A DNA stretch of 64,000 nt from Octopus sinensis (taxonomy: Eukaryota): NCBI RefSeq assembly GCF_006345805.1, contig NC_042998.1, forward strand, positions 153,140,001 through 153,204,000. Direction: 5' to 3'. Positions within the stretch are counted from its first letter, which is position 1; every line of letters begins with the position of its first letter. The notes beneath the pieces are model-generated. The model ran no database searches. It was not told the DNA's origin and saw nothing but the letters and a program-made list of their open reading frames with translations. The translations under genes were made by a program, and so were the position numbers. Below are positions 1-12,467 of this stretch, one piece after another.

Positions 1-104
1 ATAAGTACTAGGCTTGCAAAGAATAAGTCCTGGGTTTGTTTGACTAAAGGCGGTGCTCCAGCATGGCTGCAGTCAAATGACTGAAACAAGTAAAAAAAAA
101 AAAA
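1..104 (+). mobile_element. 3' end of octopod tRNA-derived SINE
   Basis: ataagtactaggctt...ggcggtgctccagcatggctgcagtcaaatgactgaaacaagtaaaa matches the 3' end of the full copy at 44762-45165. Confidence 0.85.
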
Positions 105-349
105 ATATATAAAATACACTATTGAACTAAAAAAAATTTCCCCAAAATTAAACATGTTTATAGAAAGTGGACACACACAAAACATCCCACACACATATAA
201 ATACAATTCACCCTCTCACAGACACAAATATTCTACCCAAACATCCCCATAAACACTACCAAACATTCACATACAAACATACTTATTGACCCTTACACTA
301 AAAATACAATAAATTTCTTCAAATTCAGTGGCTGACCCAAGCAAGTGAT

Positions 350-1339
350 ATCATTGTGTTGCTAAAGTGTAGAAAGTATGTTTCTCCTTTTTTTTTTTTT
401 TTTTTGAAAGAACATGTAGATTTTTTTTAAAGATTTCAAGGAGACCACCTTTATGAAATTTTATAAAAATTTTATAAAAAGATTTGTTAATAATAAAATC
501 TTTGTCCCATAACTTAATTATTTCTTTACCTGACATTAAACATCAGTACTTTATAGATATTTTCGTGACAAGTAAATATAATTTTTAGTCTAACACTTTG
601 AATTATTAATTTATTCTAATAAATTACCTTACCTATTGATGTAAATAAGCTAAATATACCTCACCATAGTTTTGGCATATAAACCATTTTACCCCTTGTC
701 TATAATATTCTACAAATGATTATATTTTTATTTCTTTATTTTATTTTAAAACTAGTCTCTTATTTATTTATTTGCTATATTACTCTATTTCATATATCTC
801 TATAAATTTCATACTCAGCTGATATAAAACTATACTGGTATATTCACTATTTATAATAGAAGAAATATGCTTAGACTAAAATTGTTAATATTTAATATAT
901 AAATTTTAACATATTCCTTTAACTTAACTTTCCTTTATTAATACCAATAATTACCATTTAATAAATAATTATAAATATATGTTAAGTAGGTATTTAAATA
1001 GATAAATATGGAATTATTTCTATATTGTCTGTCCCTCTATTGTGTAAAATTTTTGATGTATACTGAAAGTATTCATAAATATTCTTCTTAGTATTCTTTA
1101 GATTAACTCTAAAATGTATCTGTGTATATACAAATAACATTGTTTTATAGTCCATAAATGTACTGCTACTATAGAAAACCATTCTCCCTGTCCCATAAGC
1201 ATTGGTGTACAAAATTAGCAGCTATAATCTTGTCTGAAGTATATTCTTAATGAACCAAATGGCTTTGCTTTAAAGAAATCTTGATTTATGACTCTGCCAC
1301 TTAAATTGTCTATCTATTTTGCCCTATCCATAAAAGATA
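350..1339 (-). mobile_element. Possible highly degenerate L1/Tx1-type LINE 3' remnant
   Basis: Broken minus-strand frames with an LW..G-like motif near 1335 and an ET/DN.E-like zinc-finger remnant (ORF 994-1212). The resemblance is weak. Confidence 0.25.
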
Positions 1340-2134
1340 TTGGATCTTTTACTTTTGATGGACGGAATTTTCTAGTTAACTAAAAAATTTGAAACTTCGT
1401 ATACTGGTAGAATGTGTCAAAAGAAAACATTATTGTAAACAAAATTGAAAACAAAATTGTAATTTGTAAGTTTAACGTAGTTTAATGATTCGAATTTTAA
1501 CCAATGAAATCCGAGCATTTGAGCTCAAACCATTTGCTGCGTCTAAAAACTCACACACACACGTTTTATTCATCCTTGTCTCTTCTGTCTTCTGTCTTCT
1601 GCATGTGCTAGAAATAACAGCTATATCTCTTAAATCGATGAATTTCGTCCCCCAATAAAAATATTAACAATATTTTTTGAATATTTTCTTTATTTTTTTT
1701 TACCGAAAAGGCTTCTCCCATGGTTTTGAAGGGCCAGAAACAACAAAAACAAAACAATAATATGCCTAAAGCGGTCTAGAGTTTGCGCGTGGAGTGTGAG
1801 TCGTATTGTAAAAATTTGCGAAATATTTTTTCAGAAAAGGATGCCCCAGCTTGTCGGAAGCTGTGATATAAATTGGGAAAAAAATCATCGACACCAGTGC
1901 GTAATTGGTACTTAATTTATCGACCCTGAAACGATGAAACATTGACCCCCCCCCCTTCTGGTTTATTTATCTTTTGTGTAAATTTGTTGCGGCAAGGGGC
2001 AACTCACGAACGTGTATGTATGCTTGTGTGTGTATGTATATGTCCGTTTGTATGTGTGTGTACACTTATATATTAATTACTATGTGCTTGTGCAAATGTA
2101 TATGCATGTGTTTGAGAGAGAGAGAGAGTGACAG

Positions 2135-2165
<31 letters not shown>

Positions 2166-2433
2166 ACATGTGTATGTATCTGAATATGTGTGTGTGTGTG
2201 TATGCGGCATGCGTCTGCTATGTTTCTTTATCAATATCGATAACGCAGCAAATGATTTGAGCTCAAATGCTCGGATTTCATTGGTTAAAATTTGAATCAT
2301 TAAACTACGTTAAACTTACAAATTACAATTTTGTTTACAATAATGTTTTCTTTTGACACATTCTACCAGTATACGAAGTTTCAAAATGTTTAGTTAACTA
2401 GAAAATTCCGTCCATCAAAAGGAAAAGATCCAA
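1340..2433. mobile_element. Foldback/MITE-like element with ~200-bp terminal inverted repeats
   Basis: 1340-1541 (ttggatcttttacttttgatggacggaattttctagttaac...) is the reverse complement of ~2242-2433. GATA flanks both ends (1336-1339 and 2434-2437). The interior is non-coding with GA/GT microsatellites. Confidence 0.85.
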
Positions 2434-2932
2434 GATATTACACTCTGTCTTCTCTTAGATTTGATAAACTAGCCTATAAATTAAAACGTACCTCCCCCCA
2501 CCTCCTTGGTAAATGTAAATAACAGAAATAATTAGTGATAAGCACTGTCTTTTTTGAAAAAATTTCAGTTACAACTGTGATGTTGTTGATAAAACATGTT
2601 CTTTGTCTATCTCCTTATTCTCTTGGTGATTTTGGATAAAAAAATTATTCAAATGAGTCCTTCGAATTTAACTAAATTCTATATTTTTATGCAGCTGAAG
2701 ACTGTTCTACATTTTAAATTGATGTAATGTTTGCATTGTTCAATTAAATTGAGTCACATGAAACGATCGTACTGCATTACCTCTGGATATCTTTGTTGCT
2801 TATTTTGATATATATATATAAATGTTTGTTTTTATGTTACATTAAACTGAAGGATTACTCAATACCTTTGGTAGAGTACAAATTTATTATTCAATAAATA
2901 TAATATTGACAGTGACTTCTTAGTTACAGCCA

Positions 2933-3092
2933 GTTAAGCTTCTTTTTGTTTCAGTCTACCAAATCCATCCACAAGACTGTTGTTGGTCCAGGGCTATCTT
3001 AGAAGGTACTTGCCCAAGGTGCCATGCAGCAGGACTGAAACCCAAACCACATGGTTGGGAAGCTGATATCATAACCACACAGTCATGCCTGC
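2933..3092 (-). mobile_element. Degenerate 5' half of tRNA-derived SINE
   Basis: Reverse complement resembles the head of the SINE at 44762 (gtggtta...aaccacatgg...cttgggcaag...gatttggtagactgaaac). Confidence 0.7.
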
Positions 3093-3354
3093 ACTTATTA
3101 ATTGTAGATAATGCATTGTGCAGCGAGAGACCAAAGAAAATTTGAAAACATTAATGTGGTTATCTAGGATCAAGAGGTATCAGTAGATGCTGTATTGCAG
3201 ATCTACAGTACATGCCACTCTGAATATAAGATGGTTAAAACTTTAGGAATGAAATGTTTATACTCATATGCAAAAACATATATACACAGTACATTAATGT
3301 TAAACACATTATCTTTGTATATTATAAGAAATATTTATTTTCAAATTTTTTCAG

Positions 3355-3642
3355 AATTTATCAAAAGATGTTAGTACACTACTGCCAGTGATCAGCATGC
3401 CACAGATGTCTGAATTCAATACTGTTGATGAAACAAACTGTAGTGAGGAACATTTTTATGACAGGAGTAGGAAAGCAAACCAAGGCTCTTGGAACAAACA
3501 ATTCCTGGAATTGGGCTTACCTTCATTCCGTTCAAGTTACTTGTTTCTGCTGCGTGTCTTATTGGATGTTGTGTATGAGTGCATGCGACTTCGTCTGGAT
3601 CAACGACCCATGGGCGAGCCTTCTGCTCTCAGTGTTAGACAG
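3355..3642 (+). CDS. MAP3K4: MAP3K4/MEKK4 internal coding exon (96 codons, phase 0/0)
   Basis: tttttcag acceptor and CAG|gtaaaa donor. Encodes ...GSWNKQFLELGLPSFRSSYLFLLRVLLDVVYECMRLRLDQRPMGEPSALSVRQ, recognisable as MEKK4 LPSF..FL.L.RV.L..I.EC.KLRLEQRPAGEPS.LSIKQ. The exact acceptor is less certain than the donor. Confidence 0.92.
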
Positions 3643-5359
3643 GTAAAATACATACACTTTCTTATCTCACCTTCTTACTTTTTAGTTCTCTTTTTGCATC
3701 AGTGCATGCACATGTATGCACTCTCTACCATTTTTGCATGTTTTTTCCCTTTGTGAATGTGTGTGTACTCACACATTCACAATAGCACATACTTTCACAT
3801 ACACATACTTACATATATGAGTACAGGTGTGTGTCTATATATTTGTAAAATATATGTGGGTATATGTGTGTATGTGTATGTGCATGTGTATGAGTTAATG
3901 TGCATATGTGATTGGTGAAGTATGGTATTAAATACTGTTCTCAATAAATTAAATCTGTTAGACAAATTCTGCTATGTTGAGGTGTTTCATTCCATTTATT
4001 TTTCATATGAGCATAGATTCTTGTAGGTTGATTTAGAATCACGCAACTGGTTTTGGTACTTATGGAATATAGTACTTGAATAGGAAGGCTGCCATTAGTT
4101 TTCCTTGCAATTCACATGATCATAAAATTAATTGAACCTGAAGCTACTTTTTACTCTGTAGAGAATGTAACTAAGAGAATGTAACTAGAGAGAGCAAAAA
4201 CAACAATATCTACAAATAATAAGTATAGCGTTATAAATTCAAGGCAGCAAGCCAAATGAGTGGACATAGTGGTATTATGTTGTTCAAATCACTGTGAAGT
4301 CATTAGTACCAGGAAAGCCTACATATTAGCATCCATTAAATCATGAAGAAACAAATTTGGTGTAGAGTGAATAGGGTAACACAGAAGTCAGGATGCACAT
4401 TGCAGACATCTACATTGAAGAGCAAGTGTAGTTTCATTTATAGATCTCCACTAATTTATGGACAGTGTAAAACCGAAAAATATAATATGTATAATGTGCA
4501 CTGATTTTCTTTGAGGTAATTTTTGAGGAAAGTGGTATATGGGGAATATAAAAAGTAAATTGGCTTTCCTGTATTATCAAAAAAAGAAAATAAGTAGTAA
4601 ATGCTTTAAAATAAGTGAATTATGGACTTTCCACTATCATTTTATTTATTTATTTATTTTTAAGCAACCTTCAGATTTCTAAGTTCTGAACATCAGAGAT
4701 TCAACATTGCATTTTATTTTGATCTTGCTTAACTCTTGTAATGGGATAGACATACATTTCCATTCATAAATTTCTCTTCTGAAATCTTACAAATGCATAT
4801 TTATAATGAATTAAATATTTTTGTAAAATTAAAATTGACTTAATTTGAAGAGTCTTCACATAAGTTAACTAAATGTTTTTAATGATGGCGTTGAGAAATG
4901 AAAATAATAACACTTTATTTCAAATTGTTTCATTTTGATAGTTAAAGACCTACATATTTTTTACATTTCCTTTTTTTATACTTGTTTTGTTGGTCTTATT
5001 TTTGACTGCACTGCTTTTCTCAAAGATTGTCTTTTTTAGTATTATGATGTATGGAACAAAAAGTGTTTAGTCAGATTTATTATAATTTCAGTGTTAACTA
5101 CTGTACTGTATAAAAACATTCACAAATTATAAACAAAGTGGAAAGCAATTTTGAAAGTGAAATTTTGAACTTTACTGGCTGACTGCAAAAGTGCACCTGC
5201 TGTGTATAGTCAGCATTGTGGTAATTAAATGAATATTTTTTTTCTTTTCAGAATATCAATTTGGTTTAGATAATGGTGTTGTATATACACAGTTTAGTAC
5301 ATGTGTCTCAGGAAAACATGTGTTTAAGTGTGGATTTTAAAAATTTCCCGCCGATTTTA

Positions 5360-7565
5360 TTATTATTTTTTGTCTATTTATCTTGTTTTTTTTTTTACTG
5401 GTTTCAGCCCAGGGCTCAGGTCATACTGGTGCACCACCTGTAGTTACTCGGTGTTGTTTCTGGTATTATTTTTGGTGAAGAAACGAGTTGGACGGGGATG
5501 CTCTTCTTTGTGTCTCCTGCCGTGATGTGGGTTCATCTGGTATCTCAGATAGAAACCTGTCCAGATGTTCTTTGAAAACTTCCACATCAATACCATGTAT
5601 ATCTCTAAGGTTGCCTGGAAGGATGTTGAACAATTGCGGGCCCTTGAAACCCAGACTATTGCAGTACTATGTCCTTATTTTAAATGGGGAAGATGGGATC
5701 TTTGGTATGATGCAATGCTGTCCTGTTCGAGGATTGGTATAGCTGTCAATTCCAAAATTGGGAACTAAACCCTCCAAGATCTTCCAAATATATATCATTG
5801 CATATCTCTCTCGTCTTCTCTTCAGAGAATAGAGACTCAAGCTCCTTCAGCCTCTTCCAGTAGCACATCTTGTGCATTGATTCAAACTTCTTTATGTATT
5901 GGCACTGGATTGCTTTGAGTTCCACAGTTTGTTTCACACTCTCTTGGGACCATAGTTGGGAGCAATAGTTCAAGCAGCTGAGTACGAAAGTCTTCCATAG
6001 GAGTAGTAGAGCTTTCCTTTTCCTGATTCTGAATTTCCTCAGAACCCATCAAGCCAGTTGCCTGCACAGTGTTGCCATCTTGGTAATATGCAAATGGAAT
6101 GTTGCATCATTGCTCATGAGTCCTAGATCATGTACCAACTCTGACTCTGGGATTGTATTACTTTCTGGTCCAGTGTATTCCAATTTTAGCCTGGTGTTGG
6201 ACTGATAGTGGAGTGCCTGAAATTTCATAGCATTGAACTGCATGTTATTTGTAGACATAAAATTTATATTACTAATTCTTCCATACTAAGCTACTAGAGT
6301 TTTACACAACAATTCAAAATAGTCTTGTTGAATTAAGTAATAGACATGGCATAAAAATAGCTAATATCTCAAAAGAGTGAGTGTTGTGGAAATGAGTGAC
6401 AACCAACAAACACTGAGTGTGAGTGTTGTGGAGTCAATTGACAACCAACAATCACTGAGAGTGAGTGTTGTGGAGTCGATTGACAACCAACGATCACTGA
6501 TTAATCTCCCAAAAATCAGGGTTTTTATAACTGCTCATACCTGAATTCTAAGAACTGTATTTTGTGAAAGATATCTCTTTGACGAAAGGTTAGAATTCAA
6601 ATATAGGCCGTAATTTTAACCAATGTGAAACTAACAATTATACCTATTCAGGCAACATGACCATTACATCATATTACCGCTGATAAAAGTTTATTATCAT
6701 GACTTGCATCGCCACATTGTCAACGTGTAGAAGGCTTAAGAATTTCTTTTCTATTTTTGACTGTCCAGGTTTCTCTTTCTTTTTCATGGGATATTTTGAG
6801 TTTATTCTCTATCTTGAAGAGTTCCACTGTCAGGTTCGAGATTTTTATTCTCCACCGCATGAGTATTCTCCTGTCTTGGGGAATGATGTTTTTGTGTGTA
6901 TTGACTCTCTTCTCTGGTATATATGTATATGACTTGCATTATTGACATGAATTTATTGAGCTTGTAAAGCAGAGGTCCAGGTTATTTTTGCGCCTGGTTA
7001 GAGAGTATGATCTGCTCCATGAATAGCATTTTTATAAGATCAAGTAGAGATTCTGCTTGATTTCACTCTTTGTGTGTCATTCTTGTTGGTATATTGCTCT
7101 CATACCACCTGATGTTGGGGAAGTTGAAGTAACTCATCAAGAATATAGTAGTACATTGATCCAATTGTGTTAGTACTTCTTTTATCGCACTGAGGCTTTC
7201 CTCAAATTTTCCATCATAATTTTAGGCATCGGATGGGTGATATACTGTGCATATCACTATATCAATTTGCTTTAGATTTACTATGAGTGTGTCATACACC
7301 GGGTTCAAGTTCGATAACAGGGTTAAATGTGTAACATCTTCTCAGATGAACATTGCAACTCCTCCATGACTTCTTTTTCTTCTGTCTGTACAGAAGAGAG
7401 CATACATTAGTATGTGTATCTCCACATCATTTATGTCTGCAGATAGCTGTGTTTCTGTAAGTGCAATGCATATAGCTTGATTACATGCAGAAAGATTCTT
7501 CTGGTGTTCAATATCAAGCTTGGACAGGAGATAGACAAGAACATGTCTTCCTTGTTCCAGCTATA
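5360..7565 (-). mobile_element. Degenerate CR1-clade LINE with RT core missing
   Basis: Minus-strand NNMQFN..KFQ and NYCSQLWS motifs, APE endonuclease remnants at 6950-7560 and an A-rich tail near 5360-5395. About 6270-6730 is an unrelated insert. Confidence 0.75.
6374..6500 (+). repeat. 3 x ~41-bp tandem repeat (gagtgagtgttgtggagtcgattgacaaccaac.atcact)
   Basis: Three directly visible imperfect copies. Confidence 0.85.
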
Positions 7566-7794
7566 ATGGAGAGAAAGAAAGAAACACAAGTTAGGAGCAG
7601 AAAAAAAGATGGCCGATAATTATGTGGGAGCCACGTGAGCTAGGGAGGAGGAGTGGGGGAGAGAGAGGGACAAAGTAATAGGATAGAATAGTGGGAGAAG
7701 AGAGAAAGGGAGAAAAACAAATGAGTAAAAAGATCGTATAGAGTGCGCATCAGAATTATTAAGATAAAACTTACTTGGAAGAGGATGCATGTCA

Positions 7795-8990
7795 TTCATC
7801 ATCATCATCATCATCATCATTTAGCATCCGCTTTCCATGCTAGCATGGGTTGGACGGTTCAACTGGGGTCTGTGAAGCTTAACCACAGCTGCAATTCCCA
7901 CTGATGTTGATTGACCTCAATTTTGGTTCTGCTTTCTGATATATGATTTGATTTGGTTTGATTTTGATTGTTCTCACTGGACTTGCCGGGTCTTCTCGCG
8001 CACAGCATACTTCCATAGGTCTCGGTCTCTGGTCATTTCCTTGGTGAGACCTAAAGTTCGAAGGTCATGCTTCACCACCTCGACCCAGGTTTTCCTGGGT
8101 CTACCTCTTCCACAGGTCCCCTCAACTGCCAGGGTGTGGCACTTTTTCACACACCTATCTTCATCCATTCTCGCCACATGACCATACCAGCGCAATCGTC
8201 TCTCTTGCACACAACATCTGATGCTTCTTAGGTCCAACTTTTCTCTCAAGGTACTTACACTCTGTCGACTATGAACACTGACATTACACATCCAACGGAG
8301 CATACTAGCTTCATTTCTTGCGAGCTTACGCAAATCCTCAGCAGTCACAGCCCAAGTTTCACTACCATGTAGCATGGCTGTACGTACACATGCATCATAC
8401 AGTCTGCCTTTTACTTTGAGCGAGAGGCCTTTTGTCACCAGCAGGGGTAAGAGCTCTCTAAACTTTGCCCAGGCTATTCTTACTCTAGCAGTTACACTTT
8501 CAGCACACCCGCCCCCGCTACTGACTTGGTCACCTAGGTAGCGGAAGCTATCAACTACTTCTAGTTTTTCTCCCTGAAACGTGATAGAAGTTGGTCTCTG
8601 CATATTTTCAGAGTTTATTGCTCCTGAGCATCTGCCACAGATGAAAACTATTTTCCTAGTTAGTCTTCCTTTGACATTACTACATCTCTTATGTGTCCAT
8701 AGCTTACATTTGGTGCATCTTATAGAGTTTCTACCTACGCCTTTTCTACAGATCGAGCAAGGCCATCTACCTGAAGGCGTTTGTGATTGGTCTATCTTCC
8801 TACTTATTAGGACTTTGGTTTTGGCTAGGTTGATTCTAAGGTCCTTCGATTCTAAACCTTGCTTCCACACCTGAAACTTCTCCTCCAGTTCTGATAGAGA
8901 CTCAGCAATTAGAGCAAGGTCATCAGCATAGAGGAGTTCCCAGGGGCATCCTGTCTTGAATTCCTCCGTTATTGCCTGGAGGACTATGAT
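7795..8990 (-). mobile_element. RTE-clade LINE, 5'-truncated copy 1
   Basis: ORF 7974-8870 has LLYADDL upstream, a CSIC...CTKC insert, YLG, ERRLRWYGHV and GRGRPRKTW. (GAT)n tail. Confidence 0.92.
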
Positions 8991-9056
8991 TCAATCATAT
9001 AATAATATAAATAATATATATATATACTTATGCATGAGTACACACTTGCATCTATA

Positions 9057-11035
9057 CATCATCACCATCATCATCATTTAACGTCCGTTTTCCATGCTAG
9101 CATGGGTTGGACGGTACGACCGGGATCTGGTAAGCCATGGAGGCTGCACCAGGCTCCAGTCTGATTTGGCAGTGTTTCTACAGCTGGTTACCCTTCCTAA
9201 CGCCAACCACTCCGTGAGTGTAGTGGGTGTTTTTTACGTACCACCAGCACAGGAGCCAGCACAGGCTGACAAACGGCCATGATCGGTTGGTGCTTTTACG
9301 TGTCACCAACTCGGACGCCAGTCAGGCGACGCTAGTAACTGCTATGCTCGAATGGTGCTTTTACATGTCACCAGCACTGGTGTCTTAACTACAATTACCA
9401 TTCGAATTTTTGATGTTGACGAACTTGACTCAACAGGTCTCCTCAAGAACAGCGGGTCACTCTACAATCCAAGGTTAGCACAACAGGCCATCCTGCAAGC
9501 CATGAACTCACTTCATTTGTCGAGTCTTCGAAGTCACAGTATATCTCCAGAGGTCTCGGTCTTTCGTCATAGCCTCTGTGAGGCTCAAAGTACGAAGGTC
9601 ATGCTTGACCACCTCGTCCCATGTCTTCCTGGGTCTACCTCTACCCCGGGTTCCTTCAACAGTTTGGGAGTGGCACTTCTTCACACATTTCTCCTCGTCC
9701 ATCCTTAGTACATGACCGTACCAACGCAATCGTCTCTCCTGCACGCTGCATCCAATGCTTCTTATGCCCAACATTTCTCTCAAGATGCTTACACTCTGTC
9801 GTGCATGGACACTGACATTACACATCCAGCAGATCATGCTGGTTTCATTTCTTTCAAGCCTACGCATGTCCTCTGCAGTCACAGCCTACATTTCACTGCC
9901 ATGAAGCATGGCAGTTCGCACACATGCATCATACAACCTACCTTTCACTCTGAGCGAGAGACCCTTTCTCGCCAGTAGGGGGAGGAGCTTCCTAAACTTT
10001 GCCCAAGCTATTCTTATTCTAGTGGTAACGCTCTCTGAGCATCCACCCCTGCTACTAACTTGGTCACCTAGGTAGCAGAAACTATCAACTACTTCTAGTT
10101 CCTCCCCAAGGAGCGTAATGGAATCTGTTTTCTGAGTATCAATGGTGTCAATTGCCCCTGTGCATCTGCCGCACATGAAAGCTATCTTCTCGGTTAATTT
10201 TCCATTGATATTGCTGCTCCTCTTATGTGTCCATAGCTTACACTGGGTACATCTTATGGAGTTTCTATCTACACCTTTTCTACAGATCGAGCAGGGCCAC
10301 CTACCTGAAGGGGTGTGTGGTGAGTTTGCCTTCCTACTTATCTAGAACTTTGGTCTTTGCTACATTGATTCTAAGGCCTTTTGATTCTAAACCTAGCTTC
10401 CACACACAAAATTTCTTCTCTAGTTCCGGTAGCGATTCTGCTACAAGGGCTAGGTCATCGGCATAGAGGAGCTCCCAGGGACAACCTGTCTTAAATTCCT
10501 CTGTTATTACCTGGAAGACTATGATGAATAGAAGGGAGCTGAGGGCTAAGCCTTGGTGGGCGCCAACTTCTACCCTGAATTCTTCACTATACTCATTGCC
10601 AATTCTAACCTTACTACTAGCCCCTCTGTAAAGAGCTTGTACAGCCCTTATTAACCATTCGTCAATCTCCAGTTTCTGCATTGCCCACCAGATAAGGGAT
10701 CATGGGACCTTATCAAAGGCTTTCTCCAAGTCCACAAAAGCTAAGTATAGGGGCTTATCTTTGGCTAGGTATTTCTCCTGCAGTTGTCAAACTATGAATA
10801 TGGCATCAGTGGTGCTTCTGCCAGGCACAAAACCAAACTGCATCTCATCTAGGCTCACTCTCTCCCTAATTAGTTAGGCTATGACCCTCTCTGTGACCTT
10901 CATTACCTGATCCAGCAGTTTGATACCCCTGTTGTTATTTCTGTCTAGTGCATCACCTTTACCCTTGTAGCAGTTGACTATGGTGCTGCTACGCCAGTCA
11001 TTGGGTATGACTCCATCATGAACTACTTGGTTTAT
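9057..11035 (-). mobile_element. RTE-clade LINE, 5'-truncated copy 2
   Basis: RT fragments (RGIKLLDQVMKV, GAHQG..LS, LLYADDL, RRLRWYGHV), 3' UTR and (GAT)n tail, with several frameshifts. Confidence 0.92.
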
Positions 11036-11232
11036 ATATAAATGCGTATATGGGCTCAGGACGTCACGAAACATGTACAACCGAAAAGGTAGTTCATATT
11101 CATACTCGTACTTCATATTTTTTTGTTGTACACGTTTCATAACATCCTGTGCCCACATGTGCATTTATATGTACGTATAGATGTAAGTATGCACATATAC
11201 TTATGTATATATGCATATATATATATATATAT

Positions 11233-12446
11233 ATAACCCGTGGCCCCTACCTGGGACGTAGTCAGTCCACCTGTGCATACCTTCCTTCCTTCTTGTGACA
11301 CTTGTGAAGACCTGTTGAGGCAAGTGAAAATCAAATCAAATCAAATCAAAACAAATCAAAATAGATGAACATCAATGGAATTTGTATCTTTGTGGTACCA
11401 GTGCCGGTGGCACACAAGAAAACTATCCGAACGTGGCCGTAGCCAGTACCGCATCGACTGGCCTCCGTGCTGTGGGCAAGTAACAAACACCATCCGATCA
11501 TGGCCGTTTCACCAGCCTCATCTGGCACCTGTGTCGGTGGCACATAAAAACACCATCCGAAGACCCAGCAAGACTAGTCAGGCCATAACCCGTGGCCCCT
11601 ACCTGGGACGTAGTCAGTCCACCTGTGCATACCTTCCTTCTTGTGACACTTGTGAAGACCTGTTGAGGCAAGTGAAAATCAATCAAAACAAATCAAAATA
11701 GATGAACATCAATGGAATTTGTATCTTTGTGGTACCAGTGCCGGTGGCACACAAGAAAACCATCCAAACGTGGCCATAGCCAGTACCGCATCGACTGGCC
11801 TCCGTGCTGCGGGCACGTAACAAACACCATCCGATCGTGGCCGTTCGCCAGCCTCATCTGGCACCTGTGTCGGTGGCACATAAAAACACCATCCGAAGAC
11901 CCGGCAAGACTAGTCAGGCCATAACCCGTGGCCCCTACCTGGGACGTAGTCAGTCCACCTGTGCATACCTTCCTTCTTGTGACACTTGTGAAGACCTGTT
12001 GAGGCAAGTGAAAATCAATCAAAACAAATCAAAATAGATGAACATCAATGGAATTTGTATCTTTGTGGTACCAGTGCCGGTGGCACACAAGAAAACCATC
12101 CAAACGTGGCCATAGCCAGTACCGCATCGACTGGCCTCCGTGCTGCGGGCACGTAACAAACACCATCCGATCGTGGCCGTTCGCCAGCCTCATCTGGCAC
12201 CTGTGTCGGTGGCACATAAAAACACCATCCGAGCCTGGCCGTCTGCCAGCCTCGTCTGGCACCTGTGTCGGTGGCACATAAAATCACCCACTACACTCTC
12301 GGAGTGGTTGGCGTTAGGAAGGGCATCCAGCTGTAGAAACACTGCCAGATCTGACTGGCCTGGTGCAGCCTTCGGGCTCCCCAGACCCCAGTTGAACCGT
12401 CCAACCCATGCTAGCATGGAAAACGGACGCTAAATGAATGATGAAT
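11233..12446 (+). repeat. RTE 3' UTR with ~3 tandem copies of a ~340-bp unit, ending in the RTE (GAT)n tail
   Basis: The unit start ataacccgtggcccctacctgggacg recurs at 11233, ~11585 and ~11921. Copies 2 and 3 are almost identical. The terminal 170 bp match the RTE 3' ends. Confidence 0.9.
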
Positions 12447-12467
12447 GATGATGATATAGATACATAT

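Noticed and set aside
105-1330. Possible mitochondrial insertion (NUMT)
   Set aside because: Very AT-rich and strand-biased, but I could not recognise any mitochondrial gene, rRNA or tRNA motif.
5236-5340. Extra MAP3K4 exon after a strong polypyrimidine-AG
   Set aside because: All frames hit stops without a good donor, there is no MEKK4 similarity, and the flanking exons already join in frame.
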